Source: Psilocybe cubensis | Taxonomy: Eukaryota | Length of the DNA: 64,000 bases | Assembly: GCA_017499595.2 (NCBI GenBank) | Contig: CM038999.1 | Location: 2,914,001 to 2,978,000 of the forward strand | Direction: 5' to 3' | Shown here: piece by piece, positions 35,201-47,308 of the stretch | Position numbering within the stretch: the stretch's first letter is position 1 | Layout of the letters: each line of letters opens with the position of its first letter | Notes under the pieces: generated by a model | Databases searched by the model: none | What the model saw: the letters and a program-made list of their open reading frames with translations, nothing else | Told to the model about the DNA's origin: nothing | Position numbers and translations under genes: made by a program

Positions 35201-37496
35201 AAAGGGTATCGATAACGTCGTCCTGTTCATTCTCCACATCTTCTGCTTCCAAATAGGTTAAATCAGCAGGAAGGTTCATGTCATCATCAAAAGGCATGAT
35301 TGAAGTATTCTCGTCGTCCATACCCACTTCTCTGAGGTATATGGGAAAAGGCTTTGAGGAAAAACCAGCATCTGGTTGTTGTAATTCTTCTTCGAGTATT
35401 TCGACGTGTTGATTTACGTGGTATGCAGAGGTAGAAGGGCATTCGGATGCCATAGAGTTAGATTGCACAGCATTTGATTCAAGCACAGCTGTGGAGGCTT
35501 CAGCTACTGTATGTTCAGAATTTACTGAAGAGACGGAGTGTGGAACCAAACTTGTCGTCATATCGCCTTGACAAGTCGCCGAATGTTGAATTCCAGCAGG
35601 CGTTGGAACTGTTACTTCCATCAGTGGCAAAGTTCGAACCGGAAGATCAACCTTGTTCGTTTGAATATCTAACGACTGGAAGAAATCTAATTTGTCTGAC
35701 TGTTTGGAACGTTCGGATTGTCGGTCAAACAAAAGGGCATCACTATCCCTCTCCTGCGAAGTAATAGGAACATTGTCCGATTTGAATCGTTGATTTATTG
35801 CGCTTCCCGTCACGGAAGCAGATATCTTGCGAAAGCGATTTTTTGTTTGCTTTTTCTTGGTGAAAGATTTCGCGTCGACCACTGAAGATGGTACCGATAG
35901 ATGAATGGTATTATCCATTTTCTTGCGATGGCTTTTCGCTGAATGAAAATTAAAGCCATCATTTATGGGCTTTCCGTTGACTGACGTAGATTGCTCCCCT
36001 TTCTGTGTAGCAGATTCAACGGGGAGGGACGAGGAATCCAATTTGATCCGATATTGCTTCATATTCGACTCCGAGGATTTTTTTCTTTTCCTACTTAATG
36101 CACCAGATATTTGAGAGGATCGCAGATCGCATTCTTTTTTCTTCCTGGGTCGTGAATTTGAAGCCGGGCCCCCCGTTGCATTTTGAGTATTGGACGACAG
36201 CAACGTAACAGACATACAAGTGTTCATATCCTTTGATTCAATCTCCCTGATTCGGGGAGACCGTCTAGGTTCTTGCCACTCGTGCAACTTAGAGTCCGTA
36301 TTCGTGGTCACCTTGGCACCCTTTACCCTCCAGGTGGCACCGTCAGTCTGTGTTTCGTCAGCATCCATGATAGCCTCGTGTAATACAACGTCCTTGGTAT
36401 CGCCTGCTATACTGTTATCAAGAGGGACTAACTTCGGTACAGAGCCTGTGCCTTTTGTTTGCTGATCATTGGAAAAGAGTGAGGTATTATCAAGATTTTT
36501 GACTCTTTGATTATCCATTGTCAAAATATTTGGCGTGGAAGACTGATGTAGATCTTGACTCAAGTCCTGGTTGGCCTTCCGAGGTCGTAATTTGCGAACA
36601 TATAATAAAGACGGTGCTGCATGCACTGGAACCCATTTCTTCTTTACCGAGCCGGCGGAAATTTTGCTGGTCCCGCCATCGGCATCACAGACAGTGCGTA
36701 ATCGTTTTGAAGGATGAACTGATGTAACGCTAGATTCAATATTATTGATAGACGACGGGTTGGTAGTCCAAAATTTTCGTTTATTTTGGGAGGAATATAG
36801 CCTTTCACTGCGGTGGTATGTTGGACTCGATGAACTCTTGGGTGGTACAGTTGACGAAGTTTCCATCACAGAACCGGTCGATCGTCGAGGGTCACTTGTC
36901 AGCGCCACAAGGTTGTGTGGATTCTTATACTTGGGCACAGGCGCACTTCCACATCTGACGGTATCTGATTTGGTGTGAATGTTTTTGTTAGATTTCAATG
37001 ATACCATGACGTGTGAAGGTGCCGCGTTGGCTGATAGTGATCCCGGACGTTTTGCCTGGGCTTTATCCGAAGCTACTTTCGAACCCTTCTGAATCACACA
37101 TCCTGTTCTGAAGCGCCATTTCCTTCTAGTCCGTTCCTCGTCAAGAAACCTCCTAGCATGATGAAATCCTTTACTGCGATTAATCCAATGAAATTCAATG
37201 AAAAAGCGTGCCGATGCGTTATTTGCCAAAATAGTTTGTCCATTGGGGCCATTATTCGCAGGAAAGGACAATTCTAGCCAAGCGTTAACGGCATCGAGCT
37301 TATGGTTTGTGTCACTACAGGCAGAGAAGTAGTAACAATGCACACATACGTTGTTTCTGATCAAATCTTGAGCACATCTGTCAATGTCGTCAGCACTTAT
37401 GTTGTTGGCACCGGAAATAATCTGTTTCTCAAATAGAGATCGAAGTGGTTCTTGGTTAGCAATGCTCTTGTCGTAAATGTCTATGGGGTTCCTCAT
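32232..37496 (-). CDS. Large AlkB-family 2OG-Fe(II) dioxygenase with SRA-like and Cys-cluster regions and a long disordered N-terminus
   Basis: Spliced 3' exons give FHSDNEKGLGPVVAGLSLGSPALMHFR...LRHGDILVMDG..VQNYYEHTVVPTNFRIAATARQI*, i.e. HxD, distal H and RxxxxxR. Upstream lie CxxC clusters (CLFC, CLNPDC, CDKC) and FRSYQGGVY/GRLIISHGGG segments. The start codon is uncertain. Confidence 0.8.
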
Positions 37497-37976
37497 TGGA
37501 TTGGAAATTTGAAAGTAATATTCTATCAAAGGTGATCCAGGAAAAAGTTGCGCTAAGCCAACTGACACTTTACATGCAGTGAGAAATAAGCAGGAACTCT
37601 TGTGGGGCTTGACTAAAAACCAACTTGAGTAAGTTTGCTGACAGCAAGATTTGCAATGACATACCCTTGTTCCTTCCTCATTTGTTCATCTCATTTGCTC
37701 CCACCGACAAAAAATTGAATGTTAAAGAAAAAAATAAGAGATGAAAGTGGAGGTTCCGAACAAAGGTCTTGGTTTTTCCAAGGACAATGATCAATTTCGG
37801 GACACGTGATAAAATAGTTTAAAGCTTGCCCACTATAAACCCAATATAAACCTGAGGCCGAGGCCTGAATCTCAATTAACCAGTGCTTTCAATTCCTGTA
37901 GCAGTCATCTTGGACATCCCAAGTCCTCCACTTTATTTTATTGAAAAGAAAGTGATAATCTAATACCAAAACCAAT

Positions 37977-38631
37977 CTACTTTGCAAGCGCATTTTGGAT
38001 AGATTCGTACACGTCTGCCTCAATGCGTGCCTCCAACTTGTCAGCCTCTGATCCAGAACCCGAAGCAGTCTTCAAAGCCTCTTGCAAGTTGGAACGGACA
38101 GCCTTATAAATTTCATTAATGATTAGACACGAAAATGGCTACCAAAATGACATAAGGCATACCTCAAGAGAGAAGTCCTCGAGAGGAGCACCCTCAACGA
38201 CGTTAATCGTGAGCTTGTTGTTGGGGTGAACGGTAGCGAAGCCAGCGGAGACTATGGGTAACACATAAAAGGATGAGCTGAAAGAAATAACGTGCATCGT
38301 ACCGAAAAATTTCTGAGTTCCTGACGATTCGATGACTTCAACAACACCAGGTCGGAGGGCCTCAATGGAGGGTACGTGGTTCGACAGAATTCCCATATCA
38401 CCAGACTCCGCTGGGATATTTACTTGCACGACATCTTGCGAGTTAAAGACAGTCTAGAGTTGAAATTGATGAATAGAGTATTCAAGTGACCCGTTCATCA
38501 ACCTTTCAGACCTTGTGGGGAAGCGTTAGGGAAAGGTTCAGCTTGTCGCTAACATCGGCATATCCGCGGCGGGTCAGAGAGAAAGAGGTGGCCCGTCGAG
38601 CAGCAGAGGAGAGAAGTCGTAGGGAGGACAT
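37977..38631 (-). CDS. ATP16: Mitochondrial F1 ATP synthase delta subunit
   Basis: Presequence MSSLRLLSSAARRATSFSLTRRGYA, then QVNIPAESGDMGILSNHVPSIEALRPGVVEVI and VSAGFATVHPNNKLTINVVEGAPLEDFS. Three introns. Confidence 0.95.
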
Positions 38632-38817
38632 TTTGGATGATGACAACGTCGTTCCGTGCGTTTACGGATGCACTGGCTCGGCAAAATCCGGGCGCTTGCT
38701 CACACGGGCCGGTATCTCCCAGAATGTGAACGAGATTACAAAAACCGGAAGCGTAGAAGTGTCCGTTAAATATGTATCTCTGACCCATATATACATCTAC
38801 ATCGTTACTTATATAAT

Positions 38818-41565
38818 TTAAAATCCAATTGACCCGCGATCTGTATTCCCACCTTCATAGTCAACAGGAAGCAAGTCTGTCGCCTTACGCACTCCGCGTT
38901 CACTGTACCAGCTTGTGTGAGGTTCATCAGTCAAAGAGAAAAAAGCACATACATTTCATCAACAGCTTTAAGCAGGTCATAGTTTATTTCTTGTGACACC
39001 ACAGAGTCTTTCTTGTAATCGGGATGAGACTTTACAAAGTTTCTTATCCAAGTTGCGGGTGTCAGAAGAGTTCCTGCATCATGAAACGGTTGTGGGAAAA
39101 TATGTAAAAGGGTGTAGCATGAGGCATACCATCCGAGCGTCGCCGAACAAGGTCCAAATATCTGCGTATTTTAACCATGTCTCCAAGCTCGATGTCCAAA
39201 GTATCCAGATATGCGTTTATCAAAGGTAACAAACCCGGGAAATCAACGCCCTAGAATGGTAACCTTTGTTAATTTACGCAAACAGAATCGTGTTTGAAAA
39301 ATTACTTTTCCGTTCATGATCTCATTCATTGTCATTTCTTCGTATTCTTCTTCTACTGGGAACCGGTGAGTGAAACCATTCTCTGGTTGAGGCCTAGGTG
39401 GGAAGCAATTTTTCATCTTTTTCTCTTTCTTCTTAGGCATTCCGTCTATGGGGCTGCTCCCACCCGACGACGACGCTGTACTCGAGGTTGAGCTTGTGTT
39501 AGTGTAGATGTCCTTTCTGAAAAAAAATTTATTTGATACAGAGGCATCTCGCAGTTGTGCCCTCCTCATGTTTTCGTCGACCTGTTCAGGATATTGTTTA
39601 TTCCTACTGCCTGTTTTATCTCTCAAATACGACTCACCTTGGATATCGGAATGTAAAGATTGAGGTTGAACGCAAGTATAGCGCGAGACAGAAGAACCAC
39701 AAACACAGCGAAAGCTGCGTTCTCAAAATCTGTCATCTGGACTTCCATGCTTCTAAACTCAACTCTCCAGCCTATGGGCGAGTTTGGAGGCGGTGGCTTA
39801 AAGCGAAGGGTTTGCCAATTTGTTGATTGAATATTCTGGAAATTGTGTTACAACTTTATTTCATTTTAAAGTAGAACAATAACTTGCCTCAAAGTGGTCG
39901 CTGCTAGATGTATCGTCCTGATCGATAGTCTCGGAAAAGATTACCAAAGGGTCACGAATAAACAGATGGGATATATGCCTCGATAATAGATCGTCCAGAC
40001 CTTTTTCGATAAAGCTGAAGTTTTTGAGTGATAATTCATAAGGACAACAACACATACCATGTCTGCGCAGACGATCGTAAATGATTTCATCATATGGCAA
40101 CGGATTGTCGTTGTATTCTGGCCGATTGATCCAGTCATCAGAGATATAAAGATCGACACTGTCGTAACGCGACTTCGGAATAACAAATTTGTTTTCTTTG
40201 AGAGGCTAAATAGATCGTCAGGAGGATTAGAGGACTGAGAGTCAGTGCACAAGAGATCGACCTACTTTCAGCCCTCGCTCTTCCTCCGTTCGATCATCTA
40301 CACTTCCCGCAATGACATTCCAACGACAATCGACGTCGGCAAGATAACCGCGCCATATAGGGCTTGCAGCTGTCAGCGCTAACTGGGCTTGATATCTAAG
40401 TCGATGTAGGAACGAGAACAAACTGTACACTCCTTACCAAGATAGGACCAATAGGTATAAGCCCGTCATACATTCTACGCGCATCACCCAAATTACATGC
40501 CTGGAATGTCAATTGAAGGCAAGAGCATCCCATCCCAAAACCCATGGCATCCAGATAGATATGATCTGGTTTAGCAGCTCCGAGTTTGGCCTCTATAGTA
40601 AAATTTAAAAAAAGTTAAAAGTATGAACGACAAGCAGAACAAAAATATACCTGAATCTTCTGGGTATATGTCTCTGTCCCATGGAATTGAGGGGTCAATA
40701 AAAGGGCGAGGCGTCTTTTCATCTACGTATATAGGAAGATTAATCGCGACCTTGGACCCCCTTCTGCGCCTAATGTTGGCCGTGAGAGTCCTGATTATGA
40801 TGGGTCAGCATATGAGCCACTATCTTGAAATTACACTGACGGGAAACGTGCGTGTGGATTTGTGATCTCTTCTGGTAAGAATAGACTATGACTTGAAACC
40901 GCATCGGAAGGACTAAAATAGGGTTCAGTGAATTGGCCCGGGACGCCAAGTCGAGGAAAGGAGGTGAATGTAACCGGGATTTCATTGGGGTTCAGATGTC
41001 TACGTGCCAAATTACGCCTGACCAAGGATATAAGAATGATTCTGAATATCACTTAATATAGTTCTTGCCTGTAGCGCATGTTGCTTTCCACCGAAAGCAA
41101 ATCAGGGATAGAGCCAGTGTAGGGGGAACCCGGTGTGGATTCCAGCATGAATCGACCATACTCTGGATGGAACTTGGGTATAGAGATGCTGAGAACAGGC
41201 TGTTGAGATGTGATCATCGATTTTGCGTTGTACTCACTTATCTGGGCAGTCAGCACCTATGTCATCAACAATTGCGCTCAATTTCGCGAGGATCTCGGTT
41301 TGTCTCAGAGACAATTTCGCATTCTTTTCCTTATCGTCGAAGGAAACAACCATGTATTCAACCTAGCAAGGGCGTAAAGAGTCATGGAGTGCTCGGAGTT
41401 TAAAAGAAGACGCACCTCATCTCCCCACAGTAGTTCGTCTCCCTGCCTGTCTTTGAATCGGTCCCAAATGTGCAAAAATTGTGTTATTCCGTGATTTCGT
41501 ACATGGTCCGCGTATTTTTTGGCTTCCTCCCAGACCAGTGGTGTTCCAAGATATAGTAACCCCAT
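38818..41565 (-). CDS. GSH1: Glutamate-cysteine ligase (gamma-glutamylcysteine synthetase)
   Basis: [89 protein letters not shown] and [13 protein letters not shown] across many introns. Confidence 0.96.
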
Positions 41566-42165
41566 GATGGAGCAGGCTTGTAGACTTTGAAGCTTTGGAA
41601 ATTTATTGGAAATTTGTCGAGATGGGGTCGGTTTAGGATGTATAAGAGAGACCGAGATAGAGCATCAGGAGGGGAGAACTACTATAGGAGTCCCAGGACT
41701 TGAAAGAACTTTCTTAAATAAAAACCCGTCTTTGTAAGGACGGCCGCGATTGCTAATATTTAGAGCGAACTTCCATGCGGAAGATACAAACCACTCGGGC
41801 CGAATTTATTCGTCTATTTTCTAAACGATGAAATGGTATTCGCTCACGGGTATAGGAACAGCTTCGTCAGCCCACGGGAAAAAGGAGACACAGAGAAATA
41901 GATTGAATGGATCCAGGTGAAGATTCAGGTCTGAGGACCGTAGGGCCATCCAAAACACAATATAACTAAAGAATTACGACATGATCTCGTCACTTCATTA
42001 GACATATCAGTCACAACAGCAAGCAATATCTAATCATCTTTGAACGACAAGGCACCTGTGCCTCTATACCACTACAGTCAGTGTGCGCGTCCTTTCCTAT
42101 TACGCCACATAACCACGAGGGCGAAGGACGAGAATAAATTGCTGATACATCAGACAGTCATGAGA

Positions 42166-43905
42166 TCAACCGTTAGCGCCATTGGTTGCCCATTTAAGGC
42201 AGATTTTAAGGGCCAGGAGAACATGTCGAAGCGATCGCGTCCACGCTTCCTCTTGGTTAAACTGGAGCTTAACAGAAACATCGCCTATCTTATCCTTTGA
42301 TATCCTTTCCGCAAATTCAGGGTTGATGCCTTCTAAGATTAGAGCTGGAATAACTCACTGATGAGGGAAGTCGACAGTAGAGTCCTGCGACTTAACATGA
42401 TCCATCAAATGCTTCAAACAGTCAAGAAAAGCCACCATTGCTATATCGAACCGGCGGTTATGCAGCAGCCTTCCGAAGTGCAGATCCCCAGATCCGTATA
42501 GCTCATAGTTGGCCTTGTCCCCTGTTGTTTTTTCAATCCTGGAAAAAGATCCCATCGGAACTAAACGGTAACTGTAAAAAAGATGTTAATAAAAAGCAAT
42601 GTCGACGACTTTCAACGAACTTTTCGAAGGTGTAGTCAAGCTTGCGGGCAATGGTGTAAAGGAGAAGCAGTGTTTGGCCCCAAGCAGCGTTGATCTCCGC
42701 CCATTCAACCTAAGAATGTGGTTATAACGTAAACCAGCTAGCGAAAAAGTAGGGGCATACTGGTATCCCAGGAACTCGTCCGAGACGAAGACCGTTGATC
42801 GTTCCAAATACTCCGTCATGACCAATGCAAAACGCGTCGTTGTAAACATTAGTTCTCTCAAGTTTCTCCAGTGTGGCAACTCCAGAAACATATGCTGCTC
42901 GCAAAGCCGCTAGCTGTGAAGCTTGATGTTCTAAACCTAAGGTGTGGTCGTTGTATGATTGCCAAAATCTGATCGAGGTTAGCAGGTCAAGTCAGAAGAA
43001 AACTGCTATACTCACTCAGCTTCTTCAAGTTCAAGGGCCTTCTCGCTTGTCTCTAGCTGTTGCAATTCAAAATCCAATTGTTCCCTTTCCCTTTCAGCTT
43101 CTTTCAATTGCTCAATGGCGATGGCTTCCTCCTGTTTCAGCCTTTCTATCCTCCGTTCGGTCTCCTCCTTTGAGAAAGGAGTCTGAGCTTCCTTCTCTTT
43201 TTCTTTGCGAACCTCCTTCTCGAAGGCAATATAACCGTCTCTCTCCTTCTTTGTTTCATCCAACTTCCGCTGCAGGTTTGTCAAAAGGATTTGGGTACAC
43301 TCTGCGCAAAGAGGGTGATCAATGTCAGTTCGCGTAGATAATAGGTTGAATAAACGAGCGGTCGAGCGTAGGTGATGCGATAAGGGTGATGGATCGGCAT
43401 GGTCCTGTTCCTGTGTTCGAGATTGCGGTTCGTTTCTCGCGACTGTTTTTGTAGGGGTGGACTTGGGTTTAATAGTTGTGCTTCTCCTGGTTCGTGTTGG
43501 CGATGGGATTGGTGAGGGAATGTTCCGAATAATGCTGTCTTGCAGTAGGACGAACGATTCATTTGGAAGAGGGGTACTACGTTGCGCTTGTTTCCCTTGA
43601 GCACGAGAAGATAGGTTACTCCCGAAGGATTTACTAGATGATTTAGCATGGTGCCACGCTGCTTTTGATGGCGATCCTTGTCCCGTGTCAGATTGTTCTA
43701 GGACTTTGTTGGATGTCGATATCGGTGTCGAGGAAGAAGGCAAAGAAGCGACAATCATATCATACGCTGACGGTGCCAGGTCTATGAGTGAGCCGTCTAT
43801 CTAGCCAGGACATTTCATCAAAGGCTGCACCAGAAATCCAACATTGTATAGTTGTCTACCTGAAGGGGTTCTTTACATTGTTGACACACAGGTCCAAAAC
43901 TCATA
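42166..43905 (-). CDS. ATG6: Beclin-1/Atg6/Vps30
   Basis: N-terminal [21 protein letters not shown], a coiled coil, [51 protein letters not shown] and [14 protein letters not shown]. Confidence 0.95.
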
Positions 43906-44717
43906 GCTTTGAAAGTAACGTCAGAGAGTTATATAGCAGTGATCGATGAATCAAGAGTGTATTGGGGTGCAATGAAGTGAAATGTAAGAGTTACAAAGCC
44001 CTCACGGAGACTGAAGTCACTCGCGTTATGGCATATGCCGTACAGTCTATTATTTGCGTTTGCTTGTACACACCACAAGTCTGCAATGACCTTTGCCTTG
44101 TATCCTTGCTTTTCTCGTTCAGCGACCGTACTTGGACCGTATTATGTTGACCAATCCCTTGTTATACCTTTTCAGAGCTTCCTATTTGATCGTTTCATTG
44201 TGTCCGACACGTCACCTCTAGATTTTGATAGAAATCGGGCATTGTTGACGTTTTAGGCCCTTTTTCCTCATGGGTGCTCAAAAGTTGGCGCTTCGGGGCG
44301 ATTGAATGTTATTTAACTTACCCAGATCCATAGGCATATCTCCTTGGGCAGCGTAGTCCAACGAGGAGGAACTGCAAAAGCTGACTCGCCAGACTCCAAC
44401 CTCAGCTAGTTGTACGCCGTCCGGGACGGTACATGGTTCTTGAGAATGGACACGGCTCTATACTCGTTCGATCACAGAGGTCGAAAGGTAGAACATGTGC
44501 TCTAATGGTGTCTTTAATGTCTTGCGTCTCGAAGCTTTGCATGCGATCTGGACTAAGCATGCATTGCACGCGCTGAGGGAATACTTATACCACACAACTT
44601 GTTTTGCCACTAACTATCGCTCTTCTTACCTTTATACTTAGGCTTCAAGCTTGTCGCAAAGACACAGTGAGTGAATATGTTTAATATATCATCATTATAT
44701 CGCTAATAATGTCTTAG

Positions 44718-46670
44718 ATGACTGCCAGTCGTATATTTGCGTTGCTAATAGGGATTGACTCCTACAAATCGGGAAATGTTTGGAATCTTCATTCTTGCGT
44801 AGAAGATGCCAAAAAAATGAAGCGTTGGTTGGCGAACGAGCTGAATGTCCCAAAAGATCACATATGTCTTCTTCTGGACCACCATGCCACGAAAAATAAA
44901 ATAGAAGATTCGTTCATGGCGCACCTAGTCAACAATCCTTCCATTGAACCGGGTGATTCCATTTTTCTATATTTTGCGGGGCATGGAAGTTGCATGCCTG
45001 CTCCTGTTGGTTGGTTCCTTGGCCAAGAGGAGAAAAAGAAGGGAACTGTCGAAGTCCTTTGCCCTTACGACCACGACACTAAGTCCCATCATGGCCGGGT
45101 CTCAGGTATCTCCGACCGCTCACTCTACGCCATGCTTGACGACCTTGCCTCTGTTAAAGGGGACAATATTACACTCTTTTTCGATTGTTGCTTTTCACCC
45201 AATCAAAATTCAGTTAACGATCGCGATCGCTCCATCACTCGTTGGACCAAGACGACGAAGGCCACCTCAGAGGATTTGTATCGTGACCTATGGGTCGGCG
45301 CTCGTGGCAAACTTCAAAACTCCAGTTATGGGTTTTTCAATCCGTTATCTGTGCATACGCTGCTGGCAGCATGTCCGCCTGGGCACAAGGCTGTCGAGGG
45401 CAAAGATGGAGGCCGTTTTACTTCATGCTTCCTTGAAGCAGCATCGCACATGCCTCTTTATCGCACAACATATACTGCTCTTATCGACTACCTTCTCGAA
45501 ATCGATGGGGAATCTCAAAGATTCGTCTGTTTTGGTAGTCAGAAAGGGAAGGTTTTATTCAATCAGGTACCATTCACGCCCGATAGCCTCTTTACCCCTA
45601 CTACCTTCGATAAAGTCTCCAAGTTGCTTAAGGTTAACCTTGGCACAATTCATGGCGTTGTCGAGGGCAGTGAAATATCTCTGCATCTTCATAACTACCG
45701 TTGTTCTTTCAATCCACCGATTGCCCTTTCAGTTGTTTCTGAAGTCAATCCTACTAGCTGTGTCGCCCGGATTAAACTTCAAAACATCGACATACCTGAA
45801 TTGTGCTGGGCGAAAGTCATCCAGTGGAACAATCGGCGGCCTTTTTGCGTCTATTTTAAATCGACACTTCTTTCTCTACTACGTATATTTAAACTGAAGA
45901 AGTCGTTTCCGAAAGAACAAGATTCCGTGACTCCCTTCAAAAGTGGTGTCAGTATCTCAAGGGTCACGAACCCCAATACCGCAGACCTTTTACTCTCACT
46001 CAGACAGAGATGCTCTGTACTTGCGCAGAAAAATGCTGTGTATCCTGAGAAGGATCGTCATTTTGTCGAGATCGAAGATAAGAGCCCACTTGCCGTTATA
46101 GACGATGCTGCTCGTTTCAATCTTCATCTTCTTCGTCACAATGTCGATAACCCTTTGCGGGACCTTGTAGAGATGGAAATTTCTCGTTTGGATCCTATTT
46201 CTTGGTCGAAGGTTGGGCATAGTTATCTCCTTAACGGAAGGGCGACGCTGATTCACCAAAACGGAGCCGTCTATGACATCGCTCTTCACAACAAGTCCAA
46301 AATTGATATATGGCCATATCTATTCTACATGGACCCTAACTGCTACCGCAGCACCTTGATATATAAACCAGATTCCTATCAGTGTGCACCTCTCCCGCGT
46401 GATGGCTCTCTCAGTATTGGGGCTGGTCGATTTGGTGCGGAAGCTCTGTCCTCAGCAGGCAAAAATAATGTCAACCTTGCATATCTTAAACTTTTTCTAT
46501 CATCCGTCCCAGTTGAAATGGAGCTCTTGGAACAAGACCCACTCCCATATTGGATTGATCAGAAAACGCAAGTAGCAAGGAATATTCTCACGGATTCCGG
46601 AAGAGAAATAATATGGGATACAGCACTTGCGTCTCTCACATTCCTCAGACATCCAGATGGAAATTCTTGA
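44718..46670 (+). CDS. Caspase-like (peptidase C14/metacaspase-type) protein with a long C-terminal extension
   Basis: Intronless 650-aa ORF. IFALLIGIDSY, LHSCVEDA, LYFAGHG (catalytic His), TLFFDCCFS (catalytic Cys), LLAAC and GRFT are all present. Confidence 0.88.
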   Translation: MTASRIFALLIGIDSYKSGNVWNLHSCVEDAKKMKRWLANELNVPKDHICLLLDHHATKNKIEDSFMAHLVNNPSIEPGDSIFLYFAGHGSCMPAPVGWFLGQEEKKKGTVEVLCPYDHDTKSHHGRVSGISDRSLYAMLDDLASVKGDNITLFFDCCFSPNQNSVNDRDRSITRWTKTTKATSEDLYRDLWVGARGKLQNSSYGFFNPLSVHTLLAACPPGHKAVEGKDGGRFTSCFLEAASHMPLYRTTYTALIDYLLEIDGESQRFVCFGSQKGKVLFNQVPFTPDSLFTPTTFDKVSKLLKVNLGTIHGVVEGSEISLHLHNYRCSFNPPIALSVVSEVNPTSCVARIKLQNIDIPELCWAKVIQWNNRRPFCVYFKSTLLSLLRIFKLKKSFPKEQDSVTPFKSGVSISRVTNPNTADLLLSLRQRCSVLAQKNAVYPEKDRHFVEIEDKSPLAVIDDAARFNLHLLRHNVDNPLRDLVEMEISRLDPISWSKVGHSYLLNGRATLIHQNGAVYDIALHNKSKIDIWPYLFYMDPNCYRSTLIYKPDSYQCAPLPRDGSLSIGAGRFGAEALSSAGKNNVNLAYLKLFLSSVPVEMELLEQDPLPYWIDQKTQVARNILTDSGREIIWDTALASLTFLRHPDGNS

Positions 46671-46919
46671 TGGAGTCTATAGTCATCTGCAAACCGATGC
46701 CGACTCTACGTAGGTCTACTGAGCCGTGATTGCTCCGGGATAGACCTGTAGAATGGTATATCAGTGCTAGTTTGTATATTATTTTCAATATTGCCACACC
46801 ATCATTTCAGCCCAGTAGCACTCTTCTTTCTTTCTATTTCAACAGCCTACTAAATTTACTCATATTTTTACAATCTTATTGCATATATGTTAACTTACAT
46901 TGTAAGCTCGGCCATGTAC

Positions 46920-46974
46920 ACGCGTGACGTCATTGTGATAATGTCACATGAACCGCGTGATCGATGTCACGCGT
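46920..46974. promoter_or_regulatory. Putative MCB (ACGCGT) pair overlapping a CRE-like TGACGTCA upstream of DNA polymerase kappa
   Basis: ACGCGT at 46920-46925 and 46969-46974, TGACGTCA at 46925-46932, and a CCGCGTGA core between them, 335-390 bp before the ATG. Confidence 0.4.
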
Positions 46975-47308
46975 TCATACAATTACAATGGGTCACACCA
47001 GGTCACAACACTGGCTAGTTGTGCCCCTGGCTAAATACCTTGATTTCCAACTTACCGTCCCCGATCATTGCATTCCACCCAAGTTTTTGTTACAGTGGTG
47101 CTTTTCGGACTTCATAAAGTCAAAATTTCTCAGAAGTCTCAATTGCACTGTCCAGCTCAACATAAAGCTCAGCCAAGATTCAAGTTCCATTGCATCCAAT
47201 TGCAGGTTCGGTCCTTCGACTCGCCGTTTGCATTTCTTAGCTTCAGCCTTCGAGACATCCTACATGGAAAATCAGTGCCTCCAATAATTGTGTTTTCTTA
47301 CCAAATCA

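Noticed and set aside
44944-45897. 317-aa alternative-frame ORF inside the caspase-like gene
   Set aside because: It starts at TTG, has no recognisable domain, and overlaps a well-supported CDS.
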